Virus record (IMG/VR): IMGVR_UViG_3300006153_000006
Origin: a virus
Lineage: Duplodnaviria > Heunggongvirae > Uroviricota > Caudoviricetes
Reading direction: 5' to 3' (one strand)
DNA: 50,058 nucleotides
Position 1 is the first letter of the stretch, and each line of letters begins with the position of its first letter. The notes beneath the pieces are model-generated. The model did no database searches, was not told the DNA's origin, and worked only from the letters and a program-made list of their open reading frames with translations. Below are positions 17,871 to 28,200 of the stretch, piece after piece. The translations under genes and the position numbers were made by a program.

Positions 17871-18887
17871 ATGGGCAATATGAATGACATTGTGAAGGTT
17901 GCTGTTGATGCTTATCGCGGCAACGTTGAGAAGTATTCCGTGGGTCAGTCCATGGAGCTGCTTCAGAAGGCACTCGTTGAGGCCAACAACGGCAGCACTA
18001 CGCTGAACTACAAGGACATCCGCGACGGCAAGTGCGGCGCCCTGTTCAGCCTGGTGGAAGAGATCTTGAGCCGCACCGTGGTGGAAGGTCTCCAGGGCGA
18101 CGAGTATTTCAACGCTCTGGTCGATTTCCGCAATGTGGCCGAGGGCGACAAAAACCTGTTCCTGGTGGAGGACAGCAACCTGTTCGTGGTGGCAGACGCA
18201 GCTGACGGTACTCAGGGCATCCGGCGTCAGCGGCTGGGCGGCGTGACCGAGACCAGCATTCCCACCAGCATGAAGTTCGTGAAGATCTACGAGGAGCTGA
18301 ACCGTGTCCTCTCCGGCCGCGTTGACTTCAACTACCTCATCAGCAAGGTGTCTGAGTCCTTCCGTCAGAAGCTGCTCAACGACATCTATACCCTGTGGGG
18401 CAACGCTACTGCTACCGACTTCGGCGGCGTGACCTACTTCCCCACCGCTGGTACTTACGACGAGGATCAGCTGCTTGACCTGATCGCTCACGTTGAGGCC
18501 GCTGCCGGTGGCAAGACCGCCACTATCATCGGCACCAAGAAGGCCGTGCGGAACCTGGCTCCCTCTATCCAGGGCACCGATTCCAAGAGCGACCTGTACA
18601 ACATGGGCTACTACGGCAAGTTCTACGGAACTCCCGTTGTGACCACTCCTCAGCGCCACAAGATCGGCTCCACCGACTTCGTGATGGACGACGATGTTCT
18701 GACCATCATCGCCGGTGACGACAAGCCCATCAAGTGCGTCTATGAGGGCAACCCCATCGTTATCATGGGCAACCCCCTGGATAACGGCGACCTGACCCAG
18801 GAGTACCTGTATGGCGAGAAGTACGGTATGGGCATCGTGCTTGCCGGTGGCAACGCAGGTGTTGGTCGGTACGAGATCAGCGCATAA
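17871..18887 (+). CDS. Major capsid protein
   Basis: 338 aa; strongest codon bias in the region; typical position and size. Confidence 0.82.
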   Translation: MGNMNDIVKVAVDAYRGNVEKYSVGQSMELLQKALVEANNGSTTLNYKDIRDGKCGALFSLVEEILSRTVVEGLQGDEYFNALVDFRNVAEGDKNLFLVEDSNLFVVADAADGTQGIRRQRLGGVTETSIPTSMKFVKIYEELNRVLSGRVDFNYLISKVSESFRQKLLNDIYTLWGNATATDFGGVTYFPTAGTYDEDQLLDLIAHVEAAAGGKTATIIGTKKAVRNLAPSIQGTDSKSDLYNMGYYGKFYGTPVVTTPQRHKIGSTDFVMDDDVLTIIAGDDKPIKCVYEGNPIVIMGNPLDNGDLTQEYLYGEKYGMGIVLAGGNAGVGRYEISA

Positions 18888-18901
18888 CGAAACCAAAGAG
18901 C

Positions 18902-18930
18902 GGGAGGGGTCTTGCGATAAGGCCCCTCCC
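18902..18930 (+). terminator. Hairpin after the capsid gene (attenuator/stabiliser)
   Basis: GGGAGGGG/CCCCTCCC stem with inner TCTT/AAGG pairs. Confidence 0.55.
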
Positions 18931-18958
18931 AATATGTATGAAAGGAAGATAACCTGAT

Positions 18959-19498
18959 ATGGCAAACAAGAATGCAAGTTCGCAGAAGCGTCAGTCCACT
19001 GCGGTTCCAGCCGCTGCTCAGAACGACGCAGAAAAGAGCGTCGTGTTTACGCCGAAGGCGTTTGACCCCAACCAGATCGTGACCGTGCGTAACGGGTTCC
19101 AGGGCAGGCTTGTATATAAGAGCAAGAAGACCGGCGAGTCGTTCATCTGGGAAGAATTTGGGGCCGAGCAGGACATGGAGCTTTCCGAGCTGAAAAGCGC
19201 ACGGAGCTCGTCCAAGAAGTTCTTTATCAACAACTGGTTTATGATCGACGATCCGGAAGTGATCGAGTATCTTGGTATGACCCAGTATTACAAGTTCGCT
19301 CTCAGCATCGATGACTTCGACAGCCTGTTCACCAAGAGCGCCGCCGAGGTCGAGGAGATCGTGTCCAAGCTGTCCGCTGGGCAGAAAAAGTCCGTTGCAT
19401 ACAGGGCTCGCCAGCTGATCGGAAGCGGAGAGATCGACTCGAACCGTGTGATCGGGACTTTGGAAAAGTGTCTTGGCGTTGAACTGATCGAGCGATAA
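18959..19498 (+). CDS. Hypothetical head-region protein
   Basis: 179-aa ORF with RBS, in the operon. Confidence 0.75.
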   Translation: MANKNASSQKRQSTAVPAAAQNDAEKSVVFTPKAFDPNQIVTVRNGFQGRLVYKSKKTGESFIWEEFGAEQDMELSELKSARSSSKKFFINNWFMIDDPEVIEYLGMTQYYKFALSIDDFDSLFTKSAAEVEEIVSKLSAGQKKSVAYRARQLIGSGEIDSNRVIGTLEKCLGVELIER

Positions 19499-19510
19499 GG
19501 AGCGTGAATT

Positions 19511-19957
19511 ATGGGCGTTCCATATGACGTTTTTTCCATGGCGTTTCTCGACAAGGTGCGGGAATACAATTTCCCCATGGTTGACTATGAGCGCAATGGA
19601 ATGGTCGATGGTTTTATGAAAAAGGCCATCGCACAATTCAAACCGGTGTGTCTGTATGACTTTTCGACTACGGCAGACGACGTTGTGCGTGCGTTTGATG
19701 TTGAGGTCGAGCCAGAGGATCTGGACGAGCTTGCAGACATCGTTTCCGAGGGGATGCTGGTACAGTGGATGAAGCCATATGTATACTCCGGCGAGAACCT
19801 TGAGAACGTGTTAAACACAAAGGATTTTACCGAGTATTCGCCTGCCAACCTGCTTTACCGGATCAAGGAGGCATATAACCAGGCGAAGAGAGATTATACG
19901 AACATGATTAGGGAGTATTCGTATAATCATGGTGATCTGACGGATCTTCATATATGA
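19511..19957 (+). CDS. Putative head-tail adaptor
   Basis: 148 aa; helical; position after capsid. Confidence 0.55.
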   Translation: MGVPYDVFSMAFLDKVREYNFPMVDYERNGMVDGFMKKAIAQFKPVCLYDFSTTADDVVRAFDVEVEPEDLDELADIVSEGMLVQWMKPYVYSGENLENVLNTKDFTEYSPANLLYRIKEAYNQAKRDYTNMIREYSYNHGDLTDLHI

Positions 19958-20301
19958 GCATTCAGACATCATGCGGCGTTCCGATGAACGCCGAGGCGCT
20001 GGATAAGTATCTTCACAATCTCGTCAATCTGTTCTTTAAGATACTCCCTATCCGGGAAAGTGGAGAGGTTAGCCTGCGTTCCTATATGGAAAGTCTCCAG
20101 CGGGAACTGCTTGGCTGCCAGGAGCTTATTCTGGCGATACACAATGACGCACTTTTTACATCGCTTGTGGCTATCCTGCAATATCTCATTGACCATAGCG
20201 AAAGCTCTGTCGCGGTCTATCGGCAGGAGGTGTTCAAAGCGATCTCTATATGCAACAAGCTGAAGGCGAGGTACACGGAGCCAACCACAAAGGAGGGGTA
20301 A
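19954..20301 (+). CDS. Hypothetical protein
   Basis: 115 aa; ATGA overlap with the previous gene. Confidence 0.7.
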   Translation: MSIQTSCGVPMNAEALDKYLHNLVNLFFKILPIRESGEVSLRSYMESLQRELLGCQELILAIHNDALFTSLVAILQYLIDHSESSVAVYRQEVFKAISICNKLKARYTEPTTKEG

Positions 20302-20302
20302 G

Positions 20303-21064
20303 ATGGGAATTTGGGATTCTTATCAGTCCAGGTTGGACGTTCGTGGCGCAAACGTCAGAGAGGTGAAAGCAAACCGAAAGCGGCAGCATCTCAGCCAGCG
20401 GATAGCAAAGAGTTTATCTTACCACCCGGCTATTGTAGACGGCGCCCAACAGGAGCTTGCTATCATCAACAGCGATGCATTGAATCAGAAAACGGTATGC
20501 ACTATGCCGGGAGACAGTATCCTGTGCGGCGCCATGGTCGAGTGGCAGGGCAATCATTGGCTTGTCACTGCGGTGGACGCGAACAATGAGCTTTATACCA
20601 AGGGAACTATGTTGCAGTGCAACTATCTCCTGAAGTGGATCACTGAGGACGGAGAGATCGTCGAACGGTGGTGCATTGTAAGCGATAGCACAAAATATCT
20701 GACCGGTGAGACCGTCAGCCGTTATAACGAAAATGGCCTTGTCTTGGGCGACACCCGTATCTCCGTCACCATCGCAAGGGACGAATATACCGCGAAGCTT
20801 GGCCGCAGAAATCGGTTTCTGATCGATGACCCGGGTTCCGATATGGTGCTGGCCTATCAGCTGAGTAAGCCATTCAAGGTCGGCAGCGTATATAACGGGC
20901 ACGGTGTGCTCGACTTCATCCTGACGGAGGTGAACTCCGAAGATACCGATAACACAGAGCTGCTGATCGCGGACTACTATAAGTATTTCCCGCGCATGGG
21001 AGAGCCGGAGGAAGTCAAGCCCGGTACGCAGGAGACTGTAGACGGAAAGAGGGTGTGGCTATGA
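20303..21064 (+). CDS. Putative head closure/connector protein
   Basis: 253 aa; beta-rich motif spacing (WLVT, CNYLLKW); position in the neck region. Confidence 0.55.
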   Translation: MGIWDSYQSRLDVRGANVREVKANRKRQHLSQRIAKSLSYHPAIVDGAQQELAIINSDALNQKTVCTMPGDSILCGAMVEWQGNHWLVTAVDANNELYTKGTMLQCNYLLKWITEDGEIVERWCIVSDSTKYLTGETVSRYNENGLVLGDTRISVTIARDEYTAKLGRRNRFLIDDPGSDMVLAYQLSKPFKVGSVYNGHGVLDFILTEVNSEDTDNTELLIADYYKYFPRMGEPEEVKPGTQETVDGKRVWL

Positions 21065-21594
21065 AGGGTGAAGTGAAGTTCGAGGGTCTGGACGAGTTGT
21101 TCGATTACAAGAACCAACTGCTCGACGACCTGCTGACCAGCAAGACGGTGCTTCGTCTGTTGTCTGACGAATGCGACCCGAACGTGCACCCTGAAGACCT
21201 TATGTACAAACAGGTATACCCGTATGAGTTCGTGCCGGAGACAGTGGAGCATGGACAGACCTTTATCTGCTGTGAGGTAGATATACGGGATATCCGCAAC
21301 AAGACGTTCCTGAACCCACAAATCTATATTTGGGTTTTTACACACAAGAGTAAAGTCAGATTGCCAGAGGGCGGCATCAGGATAGACAAGCTCTCATCTC
21401 AAATCGTTAAGCTAATTAACGGAAGCCGGATGTATGGCCTCGGAGAATTAGACCTGAGTTCCATCAAGCGCTTCTCCCCTGTCACGGATTATCAGGGCCG
21501 TGTACTCACTTTTGCAGCGACAGATTACAACAGGCTCCACCCGACCGGAAAGAGGATCCCTGCGAACAGGAAGACAGAATATGCCATCCATTAA
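21061..21594 (+). CDS. Putative tail terminator/neck protein
   Basis: ATGA overlap at 21061; 177 aa; position. Confidence 0.5.
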   Translation: MKGEVKFEGLDELFDYKNQLLDDLLTSKTVLRLLSDECDPNVHPEDLMYKQVYPYEFVPETVEHGQTFICCEVDIRDIRNKTFLNPQIYIWVFTHKSKVRLPEGGIRIDKLSSQIVKLINGSRMYGLGELDLSSIKRFSPVTDYQGRVLTFAATDYNRLHPTGKRIPANRKTEYAIH

Positions 21595-22297
21595 CCTGTT
21601 ATACAAAAACGAGTACGCGATCAACGACCATATCAAGGTCATGATCCCGACTGTGGAGAAAGTGCTGGATAACGAGGACGCCTACTATTCCATGGTGTCC
21701 ATGATAACCGCAACGCCATACGACATGATGGTTCAGCTGGATGATATTGGGATCGACTTTACGACTCTGAACGACTATCAGCTATTCCTGTTGGTATTCA
21801 ACAGTTTGAAGGGGCAGGACACAAGCCTGCTCTTTGGAGAGCTTGACTTATCCGCTTTCACAATGGTGGTCAATCCGAAAAACAACGCGTTTGTTTTACG
21901 TGACCCGGTCACTGGGGCGGTGATAGACATGGCGATCCACGCCAAAATCTGTGCGACATTGAGAACGATACACAACCTCAAGCGCAACCATCGTAAGCCC
22001 GCAAATGAGGAAGCCAGGAAGTTCCTACTTCAGAGGGCCCGCGAAAAAATGAAGCGCCACCGGAGTTTGTCTGAGGAGTCTCAACTTGAGGGGCTCATCA
22101 CCGCAATGGTGAACACCGAGCAGTTCCCCTACAACTACGAGGAGGTTGGCGGGCTCACGATCTATCAGTTCAACGAGAGTCTGCGGCAGGTCATCAAGAA
22201 GATAGATTTTGACAACAAAATGCACGGCATATATGCCGGCACACTAAGCGCAAAGGATCTAAGCCAGGACGAACTGAACTGGCTTACTCATAAATAA
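21581..22297 (+). CDS. Hypothetical tail-region protein
   Basis: ATG 21581 is in frame with the track ORF and preceded by AGGAAG; 238 aa. Confidence 0.65.
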   Translation: MPSINLLYKNEYAINDHIKVMIPTVEKVLDNEDAYYSMVSMITATPYDMMVQLDDIGIDFTTLNDYQLFLLVFNSLKGQDTSLLFGELDLSAFTMVVNPKNNAFVLRDPVTGAVIDMAIHAKICATLRTIHNLKRNHRKPANEEARKFLLQRAREKMKRHRSLSEESQLEGLITAMVNTEQFPYNYEEVGGLTIYQFNESLRQVIKKIDFDNKMHGIYAGTLSAKDLSQDELNWLTHK

Positions 22298-22314
22298 GTA
22301 AGGAGGAAGGTTTT

Positions 22315-23145
22315 ATGAACATCAACGTGAATGATCTTACCATTACCAGCATTGAGACCATCACCGCGTTCGACATTGTGACCGGCGACTTCCGCTTCAC
22401 CCTGGACGAGCTTCAGAATGCGACCATCGCACAGAGCCAGGAGAAGAGCGATATCACCGGTAAGCAGGGGCGCAAACTGAACTCCCTGAAGCGGAACAAG
22501 GCAGTGACCATCAGCGGCACCAACGGTCTGGTCTCTGCCGGGCTGCTGGAGCTCCAGACCGGCGGCAACTTCGAGGAGAAGCTCACCACCGTGAAGTGGA
22601 CTGACTATCTGACTGTCGCCAGCAACAAGGCTAAGACAGGCTTTACCGCCGTTGGCACCACCGGCAACGAGATCGAGACCGTCTATGTGAAGAACAACGA
22701 CGGCACTCTCGGCAAGTCCTTCACCCAGGCGGCAGCCGCAGGCGAGGGCGTGTTTGCCTATGATCCCGCCACCAAGGAGATCACCTTCAAGGAGGGTGAG
22801 GTCACAGACGGCACCGAGCTGGTTGCTTTCTATGACCGTAAGATCACCGCTAACGTGCTGGAGAACATCAGCGACAACTACTCTGAGAAATGCACGCTCT
22901 ATGTTGACGCCATTGGTGAAGACACCTGCGGCAACGTGTATCGGGTGCAGTTCTATATCCCCAAGGCCGACTTCGATGGCAACTTCGAGCTGGCTATGGG
23001 CGATAACCAGACTGTCCACGCCTTTGAAGCCGAGTCTCTGGCTGGTGCGTGCGGCGCTTCCGGGCTGTACTTCACTTACACCGTGTTCGGCGCTGAAGAG
23101 GCCGACTACGTCGCTCCTACTGAAGATACTGAACAGGGCGCATAA
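22315..23145 (+). CDS. Major tail tube protein
   Basis: 276 aa; strong codon bias; RBS AAGGAGG; Thr/Gly-rich beta protein upstream of the tape measure. Confidence 0.75.
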   Translation: MNINVNDLTITSIETITAFDIVTGDFRFTLDELQNATIAQSQEKSDITGKQGRKLNSLKRNKAVTISGTNGLVSAGLLELQTGGNFEEKLTTVKWTDYLTVASNKAKTGFTAVGTTGNEIETVYVKNNDGTLGKSFTQAAAAGEGVFAYDPATKEITFKEGEVTDGTELVAFYDRKITANVLENISDNYSEKCTLYVDAIGEDTCGNVYRVQFYIPKADFDGNFELAMGDNQTVHAFEAESLAGACGASGLYFTYTVFGAEEADYVAPTEDTEQGA

Positions 23146-23159
23146 GGGAGGTAACTGCT

Positions 23160-23453
23160 ATGCCTATCACCAAGCGTAAGTGTCGGGTGTGCGGCAAGGA
23201 GTACGAAGCCTGCCGTACCAACAAGAAAGACGTGGGCGGCTTCAACTGGAAGGAGGTCGCGTGTTCTCCAGAATGCGGTGCGGAGTATCTGCGCCTTGTG
23301 CAGGAGGCACGCAACCCTGCTCCAAAAATGAAACAGCGGCGCACGCCGAAGGTCAAAGAGATCCGTCATGAGGAACCGGTCGGCATTCCTGTTTTAGCAA
23401 AGGCTGAAGCTGTTACGGATGAGGAACCGGCGACGGAGACGATCGAAGAATAA
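23160..23453 (+). CDS. Small zinc-finger protein
   Basis: CRVC...CSPEC; RBS GGGAGGT. Confidence 0.7.
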   Translation: MPITKRKCRVCGKEYEACRTNKKDVGGFNWKEVACSPECGAEYLRLVQEARNPAPKMKQRRTPKVKEIRHEEPVGIPVLAKAEAVTDEEPATETIEE

Positions 23454-23463
23454 CGGAGGACGA

Positions 23464-23490
23464 GGAGGGTAGACATGGGCTCTACCCTCC
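23464..23490 (+). terminator. Hairpin, possible terminator
   Basis: Perfect 10-bp stem GGAGGGTAGA/TCTACCCTCC followed by a pyrimidine tract. Confidence 0.55.
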
Positions 23491-23513
23491 CCTTCTCTTA
23501 TAAGGAGGTCGTT

Positions 23514-23963
23514 GTGGAAAACAGAACAAAGTACAATGTCGATAAACAAACGGCAAGGCGGACGTACAACGGCATCGTATTTGACAGCGAGCTTGAAATG
23601 AAATATTACCGGGATGTGATTTTGCCCCAAGTGGGAAGCGGCTCCATCGTAGATTATGAGCTTCAGAAGAGCTATGAGCTGCAATCGAAATTCATCCACG
23701 GAGAAGAGACAGTGCGCCCCATCGTCTATGTGGCGGACTTTTGGATCAAGTTTGCCGACGGGCATGAGGAAGTGATCGATATCAAGGGTATGCCGGACGC
23801 TACCGCAAAATTAAAGCGCAAGCTATTCTGGTACAAGTACCCGGATATCGACTATCACTGGGTGTGCTATTCCCGGATAGACGGCGGATGGTGTCGGTAT
23901 GAGGATGTACAGAGGGCGCGGGCTGAACGCCGCAAACAACGAAAAGGAAAAAAGGAGAAATGA
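23514..23963 (+). CDS. DUF1064-like PD-(D/E)xK nuclease
   Basis: YNGIVFDSELE, YVADF, VIDIKG motifs; GTG at 23514 after TAAGGAGG. Confidence 0.8.
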   Translation: MENRTKYNVDKQTARRTYNGIVFDSELEMKYYRDVILPQVGSGSIVDYELQKSYELQSKFIHGEETVRPIVYVADFWIKFADGHEEVIDIKGMPDATAKLKRKLFWYKYPDIDYHWVCYSRIDGGWCRYEDVQRARAERRKQRKGKKEK

Positions 23964-23966
23964 ATT

Positions 23967-24602
23967 ATGGCTAAGAAAGAAAACAGGATCTCGGTCAACG
24001 CTTTTGAAAAGGTCGCCAACGAAAACTTTTCCAACACTGTGACGAAAGAGTGGTTTGGTGTCGAGGTGTCTATCCGGCGCACGCTGCCATTGCGAGAAGC
24101 GTTGATGTTCACTGAGGATATTGTGAACGCCTGCTTTGCGGCTGACGGTGCGTTTATCCCCCAGGTGATGGACTTTGCCATTAAGGATGGTATCCTTACC
24201 AGATACGCCAATTTCACCATGCCGAGCAATACGGAAAAGCAGTATGAGCTTATCTACACAACCGGCGCTGCGGATATGGTGTTGGAGGAGATCGACAGAG
24301 AACAGCTTGACAGTATTATCGACGCCGCTGACCGCAAGATCGATTATCTGTGCGACGCAAATATCAAAGAGGTTCGCACAAAGCTGGAGGATGTACTCAT
24401 GGCGTTTGAAGAAATGGGCAATTCCTTTGAAAAGATGTTCGACGGTGTAACGTCGGAGGACATCAAGAATATGGTATCGGCCATCGGAGACACAGGAAAT
24501 CTTGATGAAAGTAAGATCGTGGAAGCCTATATGAAACAGCGTGACGCCGAGAGCCACGGAGAGGATGCCGCTCCAACCGGAGCGGAGAGCGGTGAAGAAT
24601 GA
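23967..24602 (+). CDS. Hypothetical protein (possible tail assembly chaperone)
   Basis: 211 aa; acidic and helical; between tail tube and tape measure. Confidence 0.55.
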   Translation: MAKKENRISVNAFEKVANENFSNTVTKEWFGVEVSIRRTLPLREALMFTEDIVNACFAADGAFIPQVMDFAIKDGILTRYANFTMPSNTEKQYELIYTTGAADMVLEEIDREQLDSIIDAADRKIDYLCDANIKEVRTKLEDVLMAFEEMGNSFEKMFDGVTSEDIKNMVSAIGDTGNLDESKIVEAYMKQRDAESHGEDAAPTGAESGEE

Positions 24603-25192
24603 TAACCGAGTCAGAGCTCTCCCGCAGGATCGCAGCATGGCAGAAATCTCCGGAGGGCAAGCGAAGAACGAAGCAGTATATCGACGGCCTTGCTGAAACC
24701 GGCGGCAAGACCGCAAGCGGTCAGGCGGTCATCGGGCCACGGCAGATGGAGGAGGCGGCACAGCTTTTCATTCGAATCCTGCAAAGTAAAATTCCGGAGT
24801 CCATCGAAGATGTGGGGAAAACACTGCACAGCACACCGGCAAAGAAGCTGTCAAAGACTGCTTATGAGGTGACTGTGCGGTTTGACACCAGGTTATTACA
24901 CAGGGACTCGTTGGAAAACGATTTGGGCTATGACGGCATCGACAACATTGTCGCTCTTTTTAATAACGGCTATCACGCAAGGAACTATGTGTACGGCTGG
25001 TGGAACAACCACAAGGCCACCGGTGCCGCCGTGGCTCGCACGAACTACATGGATAACTTCGCGTGGGTGCGGAGCAAGAAAGAGCGGGAGGCCTTGCAGT
25101 TTATGCAGGAGGCAGCAAAAGAATTTAACGAGTTATACGGAGAACAGTACGGCGTAACCGTCGAGCTTGGATCCGATTACACAGACGGTTGA
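24599..25192 (+). CDS. Hypothetical protein
   Basis: 197 aa; ATGA overlap. Confidence 0.7.
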   Translation: MITESELSRRIAAWQKSPEGKRRTKQYIDGLAETGGKTASGQAVIGPRQMEEAAQLFIRILQSKIPESIEDVGKTLHSTPAKKLSKTAYEVTVRFDTRLLHRDSLENDLGYDGIDNIVALFNNGYHARNYVYGWWNNHKATGAAVARTNYMDNFAWVRSKKEREALQFMQEAAKEFNELYGEQYGVTVELGSDYTDG

Positions 25193-25199
25193 CCCGTCC

Positions 25200-25230
25200 G
25201 GGCATGGCAAGTGAGCCATGCCCTTTTCTT
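25200..25230 (+). terminator. Rho-independent terminator upstream of the tape measure gene
   Basis: GGGCATGGC/GCCATGCCC 9-bp stem followed by TTTTCTT. Confidence 0.8.
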
Positions 25231-25248
25231 ATAAGGTGGTGAGAAAGA

Positions 25249-28200
25249 ATGGCTGTGAACGGTCAGGACATTGGTCTTATTTTTGGCATGGCGGGCGGCG
25301 GTTCCATCAGTGGAACGACCGGCAAACATATCAGAGATCAGCTGGCAGAGTTGGTGAACGGCTTAAACAGCGACGCACAGGTCAAGCAGCGCAAAATCAA
25401 GCTCAGCCTTGATATTGCCGGAACGAAGAAAAATTTTACAGATGGCATCAAGCAGATCACTGATGGGCTGAGCGGGCAAAAGCAGTTCAAGATCACCATC
25501 AAGAATATTGACGCTTCTTCCGCCATCAAAAAACTGCAAAACGATATTCAGGGTATTCTTGATACGCTGAGCATCAAGAATGGTATGACCATATCTATCC
25601 CGGGCATGAACGGCTCTATCGTTGGTGACGCCGGTTCCGCTGTTCTGGATGAAGCAAAAGAGAAGGCAGCACAGTATGCGGCACAGCTAAAGGTGCTGAC
25701 TGACGTATCGTCAACTTTGTCAAGGTCTGTAAAAACAGCGAACACAAAAGTTGTTGATGATGCTTCTGCCAAACAGGTGCGTGAGTTTTCCAATGAATTT
25801 ATAAGGCTTCGGACAGAGATAGAAAAAATCAGGGCAAATAAGAACCAACCGGTTGACCAAGCATATCTCAATTCCTTGCAAGCGGAGAGCGTTGAGCTGC
25901 AAAGGAATATTAACCTGTTTATTGAAAAAGACAGAGTGCAAACAGGCGGTATCGAAACAGAGGCCATGTTGGCCCATGGCACGCAGGAATATAACGCCGC
26001 TTTGGACAAGCTTGGCAAAATGCTATTACAGGCGAAAGAAAATTATAACAAATGGACGGCTGCTCAGACCGGGAAATCATCCGAAGCATATCAAAATATT
26101 GCCAGTCAAATTGAAGCGCTGGAAGCGCTTAAATCAAACCTGAATGACGGCAAAATTTCGCAAAAAGAATTTAATGATGAGATAGGTAAAGCGGGCGTCT
26201 CTTTGCGGCAAAGCTATGAGGCTATTAAAGCAAACGGTGACGCAACCAAATCATTCAGTGATAGGCTTGGCGGGCTTGCCGCAAAGTTCAGCACATGGTT
26301 CAGTCTGACAAGGGTAATCATGGCAGCGTTCCGGGCGGTCAAGCAGATGGTCACAAACGTAATCGAGCTGGATTCTGCCATGACCCAGCTCCAAATCGTT
26401 ACGGGCGCAACAGATGCCAAGATGACTGTCTTCCTGAAGAACGCAATCGGGCTTGCCAAGGAACTGGGACAGAGCATCAGTGATGTTATGAAGTCCATCG
26501 AGACGTTCAGCCGACTGGGCTACAATCTGGACGACTCCTCTACTCTGGCAAAATACACAGCGATCCTCGCCAATGTGGCTGCCGTGGATACCCAGGAGGC
26601 AACCACCGGTGTGACCTCTATCATCAAGGGTTTCAACATGGATGTGTCCAACTCTGAGCACGTTGCTGATGTGCTCATCGAGGTTGGTCAGAAATATGCC
26701 GTGTCTGCTGCTGAACTGATGGAGGCATTTGAGAAATCCGGCGCTGCATTGAACGCAACCAATACCAGCTTTGAAAAGTCTGTTGGTTTGATTGCTGCGG
26801 CAAACGCCTCGGTACAGAACGCATCCACCGTTGGCACCGCTCTGAAAACGATCTCTGCCCGTATTCGTGGATCCAAGTCTGATCTTGAAGAGCTTGGAGA
26901 AGACACGTCCGATCTGGCTGATGGCTTTTCAAAATATGCCAAAGAGCTGAAGGCACTGACTGGCTTTGATATTATGGTGGACGGCACCACCAATCAGTTC
27001 AAGGACATCTATGACATTCTGCAAGGGATCGCCAGTGTGTGGGATAAGCTGAGCGATACTCAGCAGGCTCGTGTTTCCGAGATCCTTGGCGGCACCCGGC
27101 AGCTTCAGGTCATCTCCTCCATCCTCGGTAACTGGACAGATGCTGCCGGCGCATACCAGAGTGCTATGGAATCCGCTGGCACAGCGACTGAGGCAAACGC
27201 CATCTATATGGACTCTATCGAGGGTAAGATTGGCGTGTTCAAGGCTACATTCCAGGAGTTTTCTGAGACGCTTATCAATTCTGAATTTGTTAAGCAGTTT
27301 GTGGATCTTGGGACGGGGATCTTGAATGTGCTCAATGGCGTGGCGAAACTGGTTGATGCTATTGGCGGACTAAACACAGTTCTTGCAATAACTGTTGGTA
27401 CAGTCCTCACCATCAAGATAGATAGTATTATTGGGTTGCTTGCAAAAATTCCGGCGTTTATATCAACAAAAATGATACCATCAATCATTGAGTTTGTAGA
27501 GAAGCTTAAGCTACTTCCTTTAGCTATGAAAATTGCCAAATCGCAAGGCAAAGGCCTTGGTGATGCGATAAAAGCGGTTGGGTTTTCAGCTTCTGCTGCA
27601 CAAGTGGCTATCGTTGCTCTTACCGCTGCTATCACCATAGGAATGTTTGCTTATAGATCCTATAAACAAGCACAGCAAAAAGCGCACGAGGAAATGAACA
27701 ACGCTGCGGAAGCAGCAAATGAAGAACGCAAATCACTTTCCAACTTAATTGACGAATATAAACGGCTTGCATCTCTTGACGGTTTGGATGAACAATCGAG
27801 AGAAACTGTAAAAAATTTGCAACAGCAAATCACAGACCTTGTCGGCGATCAAGCTGGTAATCTCGATTTAGTCAATGGGAAGCTCGATGATGAAATCAAG
27901 AAACTGGATGAGATTGCCTATAAGAATGCCGTCGAAAATCGAAATGCGCTTGAGACAAAATATATAAACGCACAGGAAGACGCTGATGAAACTTATAATA
28001 TGTGGGGATGGGATGTCAATCCCGTTTCACAAGATCCATTGCAACCAATATCACGTTCTGTTGATATATGGGATTATTTTGGTGTCCCTAAAAATGGTGG
28101 CGGCGCATTTATTCTCGACAGTGTATTGGACGGGAAGGATGTTGAAGAACGACTTGATGTTCTCAAGCGGTATCAAGATCTTCTGTTGGACAACAAAGAC

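Noticed and set aside
18945-18960. Possible extra copy of the 16-bp motif (GAAGATAACCTGATAT)
   Set aside because: 12/16 match to the nearest copy and it overlaps an RBS region, so chance is plausible.
17325-18977. 550-aa antisense ORF over the capsid genes (also 7412-9058, 9742-10863, 15925-17208 and similar)
   Set aside because: These are shadows of strongly codon-biased plus-strand genes; they have no RBS or recognisable motifs and overlap well-supported genes completely.
23967-25192. Programmed -1 frameshift between putative tail chaperones
   Set aside because: No XXXYYYZ slippery heptamer was seen near the end of the first ORF, and the two genes are joined by an ordinary ATGA overlap.
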